Assembly (NCBI GenBank): GCA_038064795.1
Contig: JBBTSH010000041.1
Span: forward strand, 1 to 37,671
From: Patescibacteria group bacterium
GTDB taxonomy: Bacteria; Patescibacteriota; Minisyncoccia; Phycocordibacterales; SBAW01
Length of the DNA: 37,671 nucleotides
Reading direction: 5' to 3'
The position numbers and the translations under genes were made by a program. Of this stretch, positions 17,319 to 25,131 are shown piece by piece. The notes beneath the pieces were generated by a model. That model had not been told where the DNA came from and searched no databases. It worked only from the letters and a program-made list of their open reading frames with translations. How positions within the stretch are numbered: position 1 is the stretch's first letter; each line of letters starts with the position of its first letter.

Positions 17319-17883
17319 CCACCCCGTCTCTAATCAAAATAATGTCCCCGCTCGTATAGTCGCTCTCTCCAGCGACTATTTTTTTTATTTCTTCTGCAAT
17401 AACCGAGGGGCTTTGCATCTGGGCGGCGTCGCCTGCCACCCGCTGCCGCATCTCAGTGTTGGTAGGTCCGGGAGCGACAGCAAAAAACTTTAAGTTCTTA
17501 CGGTTGAGCGCCATCGCCTGCACGAACGCGTTTGCCGCCGTTTTCGAGGCTGAGTAAGCCGTGTATTTTCCATTTGGGTTTAGTCCAGCAGAAGAGGAGA
17601 GTACAATCATGTGTGCCTCGATAAATTCATTCGCTAAATAAAAAAGAGAGAAGGTATTGATAGCAAACGTTTTCTCAATAGGCTCGGGAAGCTCTATATA
17701 TCCGTGCGCACACACAATCCAATCAACAGTTCCTACCCGTGTCCGTAGTTTCCTTACTGCTTCAGGGTTGGTGAGATCGGTGTCATTCATAGTCGAAGTA
17801 ACGACTTCATGACCTGCAGATTTTAAAGTTTCCACAATCGCACTTCCGATGCCTCCATCTGCGCCGGTCACCAAAATTTTCAT
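17302..17883 (-). CDS. Classical short-chain dehydrogenase/reductase
   Basis: MKILVTGADGGIGSAI, SSSAG, YSASKTAANAF. I chose the internal ATG at 17883 because the track's 13-aa N-terminal extension runs into the terminator hairpin. Confidence 0.7.
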   Translation of the reverse strand: MKILVTGADGGIGSAIVETLKSAGHEVVTSTMNDTDLTNPEAVRKLRTRVGTVDWIVCAHGYIELPEPIEKTFAINTFSLFYLANEFIEAHMIVLSSSAGLNPNGKYTAYSASKTAANAFVQAMALNRKNLKFFAVAPGPTNTEMRQRVAGDAAQMQSPSVIAEEIKKIVAGESDYTSGDIILIRDGVATLAA

Positions 17884-17900
17884 GCCCCCTAATCGTACTA

Positions 17901-17933
17901 TAAAAAGAAAACCCGCGCCCAAGGGGCGCGGGT
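17901..17933 (-). terminator. Rho-independent terminator between the Nudix-like gene and the SDR gene
   Basis: A 9-10 bp GC-rich stem, ACCCGCGCC(C) at 17911-17920 paired with (G)GGCGCGGGT at 17924-17933. On the minus strand it is followed directly by TTTCTTTTTA. Confidence 0.65.
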
Positions 17934-17952
17934 TGTAATCGAGATCGAGCGA

Positions 17953-18573
17953 TCAGGGTACGGAGAACTGTCCGCTCTCAGCCGCCTGTAATATCTCCAC
18001 GAACCTGGGATGCTGATCGTATCCGAAGTTCTCCGGTCCCGGCAATGTCCGAAGTGTATACCACTCGACCTTGGCAGCTTCTTGCCCGCCGTGTGTGGTA
18101 GTACCGAACTGAGGTACGCCGAGCAATCGCACGGGTTCGTACATGGAAACCGTATGCTTGTTATCCTCGGGGCCGAAATCTTTCGGCCACGGGTCATTGA
18201 GCGGGTCCTTGAGCGGCGCATACTGGCCAACGCCCACGGGCTGGTCCCATGGACGCAGTAGTTCTATTTCGCAGCCGACGTCACTGCGGAATTGTCTGCG
18301 CAGGCAGTTTTCGTAGCTCTCGCCGTGCAGAAGCCTGCCACCGATCGAGCAGAGGCGACCTTTGAAGCATCCCGTGCCGCGTCGGATAGCCATAGCCTCG
18401 AGCTCATTTTTGTTGTTGCTCCGCACAGCGATTCCGTCAACACAAGGGAGTACACCGTACTTGCAGAAGAGTTGATAGACGGGGAAGACCAGCATGCCGT
18501 TCTGGTCGAGAACGTCAGGCCGTGTGAGGAGAGTCTTCGCGAGCGTATCAGTCGAAACCGAGTCGAGATTCAT
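17953..18573 (-). CDS. Nudix-fold protein with a degenerate Nudix box (possible GDP-sugar glycosyl hydrolase-like)
   Basis: GGRLLHGESYENCLRRQFRSDVGC (nt 18271-18339) fits GX5EX7 followed by RQ-F-x-SD-x-GC, where the canonical box has REUxEExGU. GAAAGG Shine-Dalgarno sequence upstream of the ATG. Confidence 0.45.
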   Translation of the reverse strand: MNLDSVSTDTLAKTLLTRPDVLDQNGMLVFPVYQLFCKYGVLPCVDGIAVRSNNKNELEAMAIRRGTGCFKGRLCSIGGRLLHGESYENCLRRQFRSDVGCEIELLRPWDQPVGVGQYAPLKDPLNDPWPKDFGPEDNKHTVSMYEPVRLLGVPQFGTTTHGGQEAAKVEWYTLRTLPGPENFGYDQHPRFVEILQAAESGQFSVP

Positions 18574-18633
18574 GGGCGCGGCCTTTCTATTTGAGGTTCA
18601 GTTCTAGTAAAACTCTATCACAGAACGATATGC

Positions 18634-18663
18634 TTGTCAAATATACTATGAGAGCGATATAGT
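18634..18663 (+). promoter_or_regulatory. Sigma70-like promoter candidate upstream of the C-methyltransferase gene
   Basis: TTGTCA (18634-18639), 18-nt spacer, TATAGT (18658-18663). The ATG at 18672 is only 8 nt downstream, which implies a leaderless or near-leaderless transcript. Confidence 0.35.
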
Positions 18664-18671
18664 TTGTCTAC

Positions 18672-19877
18672 ATGAAAATGACCGAGTGTCAGCTTTGCAA
18701 GTCAAACAAGTTAGAGCTCGTCCTCGATTTGGGCATGCACCCGCTCGCCGATACGTTTGTCAAAGACTCAATTGCCGCACGGGCACTCCCGCGCTATCCG
18801 CTCCAAGTATTGCTCTGCACCTCATGCGGCCATGCAATGAACTCCTATATTGTCCCTAAAGAACAGCGCTATCAGGAGCATGAGTACAGCTACGACTCGG
18901 CTAACTCCAAGGCCGCGGTCACACACTTCGACGAAATGGCGCGCGAAGTAAGTTCGAAATTTAACATCACGGCCGCAGATCTTGTCGTCGATATTGGCGG
19001 TAATGTCGGCACGCTCTTGCAGGCTTTTCATGCGCACAGCGGCGCGCGTATGCTCAATATTGAGCCGGCAGGCAATATCGCAACGATCGCGGAAAAAAAC
19101 GGTGTCCCCACGATCCGTGACTTTTGGAATGCTGATGCGGCGGATCGTGTTCTTGCTCAAGGCGGCGCCAAGGTAATAATCATCACCAACGCCTTTAACC
19201 ACATAGACGCGCTCGATGAATTTATGAGCAACATCTGCCGCTCTCTTGCCGCAGAGGGAGTTTTCGTTGCTGAGGTTCCGTATTTTCTGACCCTTGTACA
19301 ACGAGAGGCGTTCGACACCGTCTATCTCGAACATGTGTCTTATTTTTCCGTGCGTCCTTTGCGTTCTTACTTCCAAAAATTTGGACTCAGCATCCTCGAT
19401 GTTACACACAATGACTATATGGGCGGCTCGCTTCGTATCACCGTCGGTCGTGGTGCAGAAAGCTCAAAAGTGGTTGAGTATGTAGAACGCGAGGAAAAGG
19501 CAAGGTTGTTTGATTCAGACGCCTACGCCTCATTTCGCGATCGCGTCGCGGAATTTAAAAAGTCCTTGCTGCATGATCTGCGCGCTGCCAAAACCAGAGG
19601 CCGTATTATCGGCATTGGTGCGGCAACGAAAGGCAATACGCTGCTCAATTACTGCGGGATAGATAACACATTACTCGATTTTGTTACGGACGCTTCGCCG
19701 CTTAAGGTCGGCAAATTCACTCCGGGCTCGGGGATTCCGATACTTGCCGATGAAGCAATTACCGATGAGATAACGCATGCGCTCATCTTGCCGTGGAATA
19801 TTGCCGATTTGCTAAAGACAAAACTTTCCCCCCAATACCCAAAGCTTGCATTCATTATTCCTCATATGGCACCATAG
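18672..19877 (+). CDS. NDP-hexose C-methyltransferase (TylCIII/EvaC-like: Zn-ribbon + SAM MTase + C-methyltransferase C-terminal domain)
   Basis: The N-terminal CxxC...CxxC (CQLCKSNKLELVLDLGMHPLADTF...LLCTSCGH) is typical of this family. Also VVDIGGNVGTLL (motif I) and the C-terminal IIGIGAATKGNTLLNY...PGSGIPI. Confidence 0.7.
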   Translation: MKMTECQLCKSNKLELVLDLGMHPLADTFVKDSIAARALPRYPLQVLLCTSCGHAMNSYIVPKEQRYQEHEYSYDSANSKAAVTHFDEMAREVSSKFNITAADLVVDIGGNVGTLLQAFHAHSGARMLNIEPAGNIATIAEKNGVPTIRDFWNADAADRVLAQGGAKVIIITNAFNHIDALDEFMSNICRSLAAEGVFVAEVPYFLTLVQREAFDTVYLEHVSYFSVRPLRSYFQKFGLSILDVTHNDYMGGSLRITVGRGAESSKVVEYVEREEKARLFDSDAYASFRDRVAEFKKSLLHDLRAAKTRGRIIGIGAATKGNTLLNYCGIDNTLLDFVTDASPLKVGKFTPGSGIPILADEAITDEITHALILPWNIADLLKTKLSPQYPKLAFIIPHMAP

Positions 19878-19881
19878 CACT

Positions 19882-20274
19882 ATGCAAATCATTCATAAGC
19901 CTATTAATTTTGAGGATGCTCGGGGTACTATCACTGATATTTTTGTCAATGATCCAAAACAGCACTGCACCATCATTCTTTCAAAAAAAGGTTCGGTTCG
20001 AGGAAATCATTACCATAAACTCTCGCGTCAGCACGATTTTGTGGTCAGCGGAAAGTTTGAAATTTATGGACAAAAAATCGGCGAGCAGAACATTACCAAA
20101 AATGTTATCGGCCCCAATGATTTGGTGGTATGGGAGCCCGGCGAAGCCCATGAGTTCGTGGCTCTTGAAGACACGATCTTCATAACGTTTGTAGACGGGG
20201 TCAGGGGCGGCGAAGATTTTGAAAAAGACACCTACCGTCTGGAGAAGCCGCTTCATGAGCAGGTCATCCCATAA
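19882..20274 (+). CDS. Cupin-fold sugar-nucleotide 3,4-ketoisomerase/epimerase (FdtA/WxcM-like)
   Basis: FEDARGTITDIF and VRGNHYHKLSRQHDFVVSG resemble the FdtA/QdtA His-pair motif, and there is a downstream GEAHEF. I chose the ATG at 19882, 5 nt after the upstream stop. Confidence 0.55.
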   Translation: MQIIHKPINFEDARGTITDIFVNDPKQHCTIILSKKGSVRGNHYHKLSRQHDFVVSGKFEIYGQKIGEQNITKNVIGPNDLVVWEPGEAHEFVALEDTIFITFVDGVRGGEDFEKDTYRLEKPLHEQVIP

Positions 20275-20277
20275 GTA

Positions 20278-21501
20278 ATGAATATCGCCATCAGCATCAG
20301 ACGCCTGAATATCCGCGGCGGTGCGCAGCGTATGGTCGCGTACGCGGCCAAAGAATGGCGCGCAGCGGGACATAGGGTTGAGATCTACACCTTTTTTTAC
20401 GACAAGGAAGAATGTTACCCCGAAATTTTAAAGGATTTTAAAGTTATTGTCGCCGATGAGCCGGCGGTCATCCGGATGCGAACGTATTCGGGTAAAGGAG
20501 GGTTTATAGGTTTTTTTCAGAATTTCATCACCGAAAATCAAGCGGCACGCAATCTTGCCTTAAAGATTTCTCCTGATACGGATATCTTGCACCCGCACGA
20601 TCAATTGGTATATCGTACTGTGCGATATTTTAAAAAAGAAGTACGGAAAATCCCTGCAGTGTGGATGCTTGATGATATGACCACCAAAAAACATTCGCTG
20701 CTTCGCAACTCGCAATTTGATAAGACCTTAAAAGCCTCGCCGCTTAAACGCGTATGGTATTGGTTCGTGGACGCTCTCGACTACTATCTATTTCTGCGCT
20801 ACATCGACTCTATTGCGGTGGTTGATACCCGTGACAGGGTATGGGCCATCGAAGCGTACGGTAAACCAACCCGTATCGTCCGCAACGGTCTAGATGCAAG
20901 CGAGTTCCCTTTTCGACAGAGGCCGGGCATCAGGGATAAAAAAATTAACCTACTTGCCGTAGCTCTGCTGCTGCCACATCGCCGATTTGAGGATACGATT
21001 CTTGCAGTGCCGTACTTAGAGCGTCGCGGGTTTTCCGTCTCGCTGACGATCATTGGGGCCCCGATGGATGCTGCGTACTTTGAGCGGTTGCAGGCATTAG
21101 TGGCAGAGCAACATCTAGAGCAGGCGGTTCGATTTTTAGGCAAGGTATCACATGAAGTGCTTTTGGAATCTTTTCGCACTGCGGATATGTTTGTATTTCC
21201 GGCGCACCTGCAAAGCTGGGGACTTGCGATATTTGAGGCAATGTCGATGGGGCTCCCGGTTATTGTTTCTGAAACTACCGGTGCGTCCGAAGTGTTAGAA
21301 AATGGCGTAACGGCGATGCTCGTCCCTCCCTTTAGCCCGCAAAAAATCGCAGAGGCCGCTGAACGGCTTGCCGACCCCTCCCTGTATCAAAAAATTTCGA
21401 CAAACGGCCGGGCCTTTGTTGAAAAAGAAATAAGTTGGGACCGGTATGCCCGGGAGCTTATGGAGATGTTTGAAGAGGCAAAAACAACGTATGGCCAATA
21501 A
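20278..21501 (+). CDS. Glycosyltransferase, GT4 family
   Basis: VRFLGKVSHEVLLESFRTADMFVFPAHLQSWGLAIFEAMSMGLPVIVSETTGASEVLENGVTAMLVPP. Confidence 0.8.
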   Translation: MNIAISIRRLNIRGGAQRMVAYAAKEWRAAGHRVEIYTFFYDKEECYPEILKDFKVIVADEPAVIRMRTYSGKGGFIGFFQNFITENQAARNLALKISPDTDILHPHDQLVYRTVRYFKKEVRKIPAVWMLDDMTTKKHSLLRNSQFDKTLKASPLKRVWYWFVDALDYYLFLRYIDSIAVVDTRDRVWAIEAYGKPTRIVRNGLDASEFPFRQRPGIRDKKINLLAVALLLPHRRFEDTILAVPYLERRGFSVSLTIIGAPMDAAYFERLQALVAEQHLEQAVRFLGKVSHEVLLESFRTADMFVFPAHLQSWGLAIFEAMSMGLPVIVSETTGASEVLENGVTAMLVPPFSPQKIAEAAERLADPSLYQKISTNGRAFVEKEISWDRYARELMEMFEEAKTTYGQ

Positions 21502-23392
21502 ACAGACGCTCATAGCGATATATGAAGCAAAACAAATCAGAGAAGTTCTCCACTTTCTAGAGCAAAAATCTATCGCGATAGCCGAATGTCATTTCGTGGC
21601 GCTTGAGTACGAAGTTGAGGGGGAATTACTCAAGCGCGCCATTCCGTACACGTCGGTTCTCGCATATGTACCAACCTATACGAACTTTGAACGATCGTAT
21701 TATGAGGTACAAAAAATCGCCAGAGAAAGCTTGCAGCATCCGGCCCTACGCTTTTACGCCGCGCGCGGCATCGCTCTGGCAGAGGCGCATCAGGCGATTT
21801 TACAATTTTATCTCGACAAGCTGATTCATGCGTTCTATGTTGCAGAAAAAGTAGTGAGTGCGAATTCCCCATCGCGCATCATCGTCCCGCACTCAATGAT
21901 GGTGTTACCCTCAAGTGCGGGACTCCTGGCGCTTCAGTATGTACATGCACCGACGACGGCGTTTAAACACCTCGCCGAGATACGAGGTTTGGAGTGCATG
22001 GCGCTTGGTAGCGAGCGTATCGTGCATAGAAAACCATCGATGCTTGAAAGAGTTAGGCGAGGCACACTTGGCGTTGCGTTGAATATTCAAAATTTTTTAG
22101 TCGAGTCTTTAGTTCCACCAAAACCATTAAAGCTTTTTGTCAGCGACTATTGGCGCCATATCAAGCCTTTCATTACAAAAATGGATGACGTCGAACTGGT
22201 CGTCATGGATAGGACCGAGGCTGCGAATATTGGATTGGCGCAAATATGGAGGCACCGCATGCGCTTCTATCATCCGCGTGATTTTGAAACGAGTGCAATT
22301 TCTGAAGAAGTAGATCTGCTTATGCGGGAGTATGCGACGGGATGGGAAGCGGCTCGACAAACCCAGGAATTTAAGAATCTTTTTGTTTTTGGCGGTATGT
22401 CATTTTGGAAAGTAGTAGAGCCTGTTTTTGAGATTATTTTTAAGGACTACGCGCGCAAAGTCGCGACCGACGCCGTTTGTTTCGAAGAACTTTATAAAAA
22501 AAATACTATCAATCGCGTACTTCTGCGCGCCGGTAGAGGAGGACAGTATCACTACTTTGTCGCGGCACATATGGCCCACAGCCTCGGCATTCCTTCAATT
22601 GAACTTCAGCATGCCGGCGCGATTATCGATCCCGAACAAGCGTTCTCACTCCTCGATACTTCATACGTAGCGGCCTACGGCTCTCTTGTGCGGGATTTGT
22701 ATGTACAAAATCACGGGTATGCGCCCGAACGCATTGTGCCCATTGGTTCCCCGCGTTTTGATTGGTATCTCACGACCCCTCCGCCAAACGAAAAAGAGCG
22801 TGCGGCGCGCTTGCGTGCGCTTGGGCTTGACCCAACGCGACCAGTAGTACTTGTCTCGGTCCCGTGGGAAAGTTCCGGTCTGTCATCCGAGTATATTTCT
22901 TCGTATGAGATGATTCAATTTTTCCGGTCTCTTCAAAAAGTACAGCAGAAGGTCGCCGGTCTACAAATCATTTTTAAATTCCGGGCAAACAACAGTGCCG
23001 AAGTGTACCGGGCACATATTGCCCGATCTTTTCCTAACGACGTCGCCATTTCTTCGTTTGACGATCTCTTTTCGCTTATACAAATTAGCGACATGGTAAC
23101 CACCAATTACTCGACAGTTATGTACGAATCGATGATAGGTAAAAAACCGCTCATCCTCTTTCCTTGGAAGTCATACAATTATGCGCTCCGCGTGTACCAA
23201 GAGCCCGGACTATACGTCGCGACAGACGAGCAATTCATTGATACGGTGGGGGATCTCTGTAAGAAAGGCGAATATTATGCACACACGGTGGAGAAAGGAG
23301 AGAAGTTTCTCTCTCAACACTACTCATTTGACGGCAAGTCGGCAGAGCGTCTGGCCGCTCTTTTGCGGAGCGACTTGAAGCCCCTCCCGTGA
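21491..23392 (+). CDS. Large GT-B-like transferase with TagB/TagF (CDP-polyol phosphotransferase, Glyphos_transf)-like C-terminal half; N-terminal ~350 aa unassigned
   Basis: IVPIGSPRFD, PVVLVSVPWES and ISDMVTTNYSTVMYESMIGKKPLILFPW resemble the TagF-family motifs (tGyPR.D, ilYaPTwR, sD.liTDYSSv.fD....kPiifF). I chose the ATG at 21491, which gives an ATGGCCAATAA overlap with the upstream stop. Confidence 0.5.
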   Translation: MANKQTLIAIYEAKQIREVLHFLEQKSIAIAECHFVALEYEVEGELLKRAIPYTSVLAYVPTYTNFERSYYEVQKIARESLQHPALRFYAARGIALAEAHQAILQFYLDKLIHAFYVAEKVVSANSPSRIIVPHSMMVLPSSAGLLALQYVHAPTTAFKHLAEIRGLECMALGSERIVHRKPSMLERVRRGTLGVALNIQNFLVESLVPPKPLKLFVSDYWRHIKPFITKMDDVELVVMDRTEAANIGLAQIWRHRMRFYHPRDFETSAISEEVDLLMREYATGWEAARQTQEFKNLFVFGGMSFWKVVEPVFEIIFKDYARKVATDAVCFEELYKKNTINRVLLRAGRGGQYHYFVAAHMAHSLGIPSIELQHAGAIIDPEQAFSLLDTSYVAAYGSLVRDLYVQNHGYAPERIVPIGSPRFDWYLTTPPPNEKERAARLRALGLDPTRPVVLVSVPWESSGLSSEYISSYEMIQFFRSLQKVQQKVAGLQIIFKFRANNSAEVYRAHIARSFPNDVAISSFDDLFSLIQISDMVTTNYSTVMYESMIGKKPLILFPWKSYNYALRVYQEPGLYVATDEQFIDTVGDLCKKGEYYAHTVEKGEKFLSQHYSFDGKSAERLAALLRSDLKPLP

Positions 23393-23432
23393 CTTCATTG
23401 CTGCGAGGGAGGTTTAATACTAGAATCTCGCT

Positions 23433-24509
23433 ATGCGGTATTGCACACGATGCGTCCAACCGGACACCAGGCCCGGGATTAAGTTTAATGAGGCCGGAGT
23501 GTGCCCTGCCTGCCTCTATATGGAACAATTCGACTCCATCGACTGGGCAGCACGTCGCAAAGAGTTAGACCACATAATCGCTAATTCCAAAAAATCCAAT
23601 CACTCCGGTTACGACTGCATCATCGGTGTTTCGGGCGGCAAAGACAGCACTCGACAGGCCATGTTTGTACGCGACGTGCTCGGCCTCAAGCCTTTGCTAG
23701 TGTCATGTTCTTATCCTCCCGAGCAATTGACCGAACGCGGGGCGCACAACCTCTCGAACCTTATTTCTCTTGGTTTTGACACAATCACCATCTCTCCCGA
23801 CCCGCAGACGTGGAAGAAGCTCATGCGCAAGGGGTTTTTTGAATATGGCAATTGGGCAAAGTCGACCGAGACCGCCCTCTTTTCCACGCTTCCTAAGATG
23901 GCCATTGCCTATCATATCCCGCTTGTGTTTTTGGGAGAAAATCCGGCAACACAATTAGGTGACTTGGCGATTGGCTCGTTAAATTGGGATGCGAATCAGA
24001 TGCGTAATCAAAATACGATTTCGGCCGGCTCTGACATTTATTTGGGGGATGGAGTAACGGCCCAGCATCTGTTTTGGTACCGCTATCCCACCAGTGAAGA
24101 GTTCGAATGGGCGAATATCCAAATAGTATTCCTCGGTTATTTTTGGCCCAATTTTACGAAAGTGGATAATGCCGCTTTTTCGATAGCGCATGGGTTAGAG
24201 GTGCGTACCGATCGACCGGAGGAGAGGGGCTCCATCCATCCGTTTGAGGCGCTGGACGAGGATTTCGTGTTCGTTAATCAAATGATTAAATTTTTTAAAT
24301 ACGGTTTCGGCAAGGTTACGGATGAAGTGTGTGAGCTCATACGCTACGGCACAATGACGCGCGAGGAGGGGTTTGCGCTCGTCAAAAAGTATGACGGCAA
24401 GTGCGCGCCGGAGTATATTAAGCGCTTTTGCGACTATCTAGAAATTTCAGAAGACGAGTTCTGGCGCGTCGCCAACTCGTATAAAAAAGAATATGCCCCA
24501 GTCCTCTAG
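23433..24509 (+). CDS. N-acetyl sugar amidotransferase (WbuX/PseA/WbpG family, PP-loop ATP pyrophosphatase)
   Basis: N-terminal MRYCTRCVQPDTRPGIKFNEAGVCPACLY (Zn-ribbon-like) and PP-loop CIIGVSGGKDS. Confidence 0.8.
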   Translation: MRYCTRCVQPDTRPGIKFNEAGVCPACLYMEQFDSIDWAARRKELDHIIANSKKSNHSGYDCIIGVSGGKDSTRQAMFVRDVLGLKPLLVSCSYPPEQLTERGAHNLSNLISLGFDTITISPDPQTWKKLMRKGFFEYGNWAKSTETALFSTLPKMAIAYHIPLVFLGENPATQLGDLAIGSLNWDANQMRNQNTISAGSDIYLGDGVTAQHLFWYRYPTSEEFEWANIQIVFLGYFWPNFTKVDNAAFSIAHGLEVRTDRPEERGSIHPFEALDEDFVFVNQMIKFFKYGFGKVTDEVCELIRYGTMTREEGFALVKKYDGKCAPEYIKRFCDYLEISEDEFWRVANSYKKEYAPVL

Positions 24510-25131
24510 CACGCCCATACAAGTGTTGGTCATCGACTATGGTGTAGGAAACCACGGGTCGGTGGTCAACGCGCTCAAGCGGTTGGGTATTCGGTACGCG
24601 GTCTCTGCCCGTACGGAAGATATAGAAAAAGCTCCGGCATATATTTTGCCGGGCGTGGGGGCGTTTGCAGAGGCAATGCATAATCTCAAAAGACTCGGCA
24701 TCATCGATGTATTGCGTGAGCAAGTCATCGAGAAAAAAAAGCCCATTCTGGGCATTTGTCTTGGCATGCAAATTCTTGCAGATGACTCTAGCGAGAATGG
24801 GCAGCATGCGGGCCTGGGGTTTATCCCGGGACATGTGGTGCGGATCGAGAACAGTAAAGACATTCGAGTCCCGCATGTGGGGTGGAACGATTTAAAAATC
24901 CAGAAAAAAGATCCGCTATTTTTGCGACTCGACAAACGTATGCGATTTTACTTTGACCACAGCTATCAGTTTAAGACAGACGCAACATATGTGGCAGCAA
25001 CCTGTGAGTATGGTGAAATGCTTACTGCGGCCGTACAACATAAAAATATTTTCGGTGCGCAATTTCATCCTGAAAAGAGTCAAGTAAGCGGTCTGCGTTT
25101 ATTGCGGGCATTTTTTAACTATGCTGTCTAA
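24493..25131 (+). CDS. Glutamine amidotransferase subunit, HisH-like (WbuY-type)
   Basis: VLVIDYGVGNHGSV, GICLGMQIL (nucleophile Cys), PHVGWN, QFHPEKS (His/Glu). Confidence 0.85.
   Translation: MPQSSSTPIQVLVIDYGVGNHGSVVNALKRLGIRYAVSARTEDIEKAPAYILPGVGAFAEAMHNLKRLGIIDVLREQVIEKKKPILGICLGMQILADDSSENGQHAGLGFIPGHVVRIENSKDIRVPHVGWNDLKIQKKDPLFLRLDKRMRFYFDHSYQFKTDATYVAATCEYGEMLTAAVQHKNIFGAQFHPEKSQVSGLRLLRAFFNYAV

Noticed and set aside
17898-18230. 110-aa minus-strand ORF overlapping the Nudix-like gene and the terminator
   Set aside because: It is an off-frame overlap of the better-supported 17953-18573 gene, is Arg/Ser-rich, and its 3' end runs through the terminator hairpin.
18822-19409. 195-aa minus-strand ORF
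   Set aside because: It is antisense to the C-methyltransferase, whose plus-strand frame carries clear family motifs. It is a shadow ORF.
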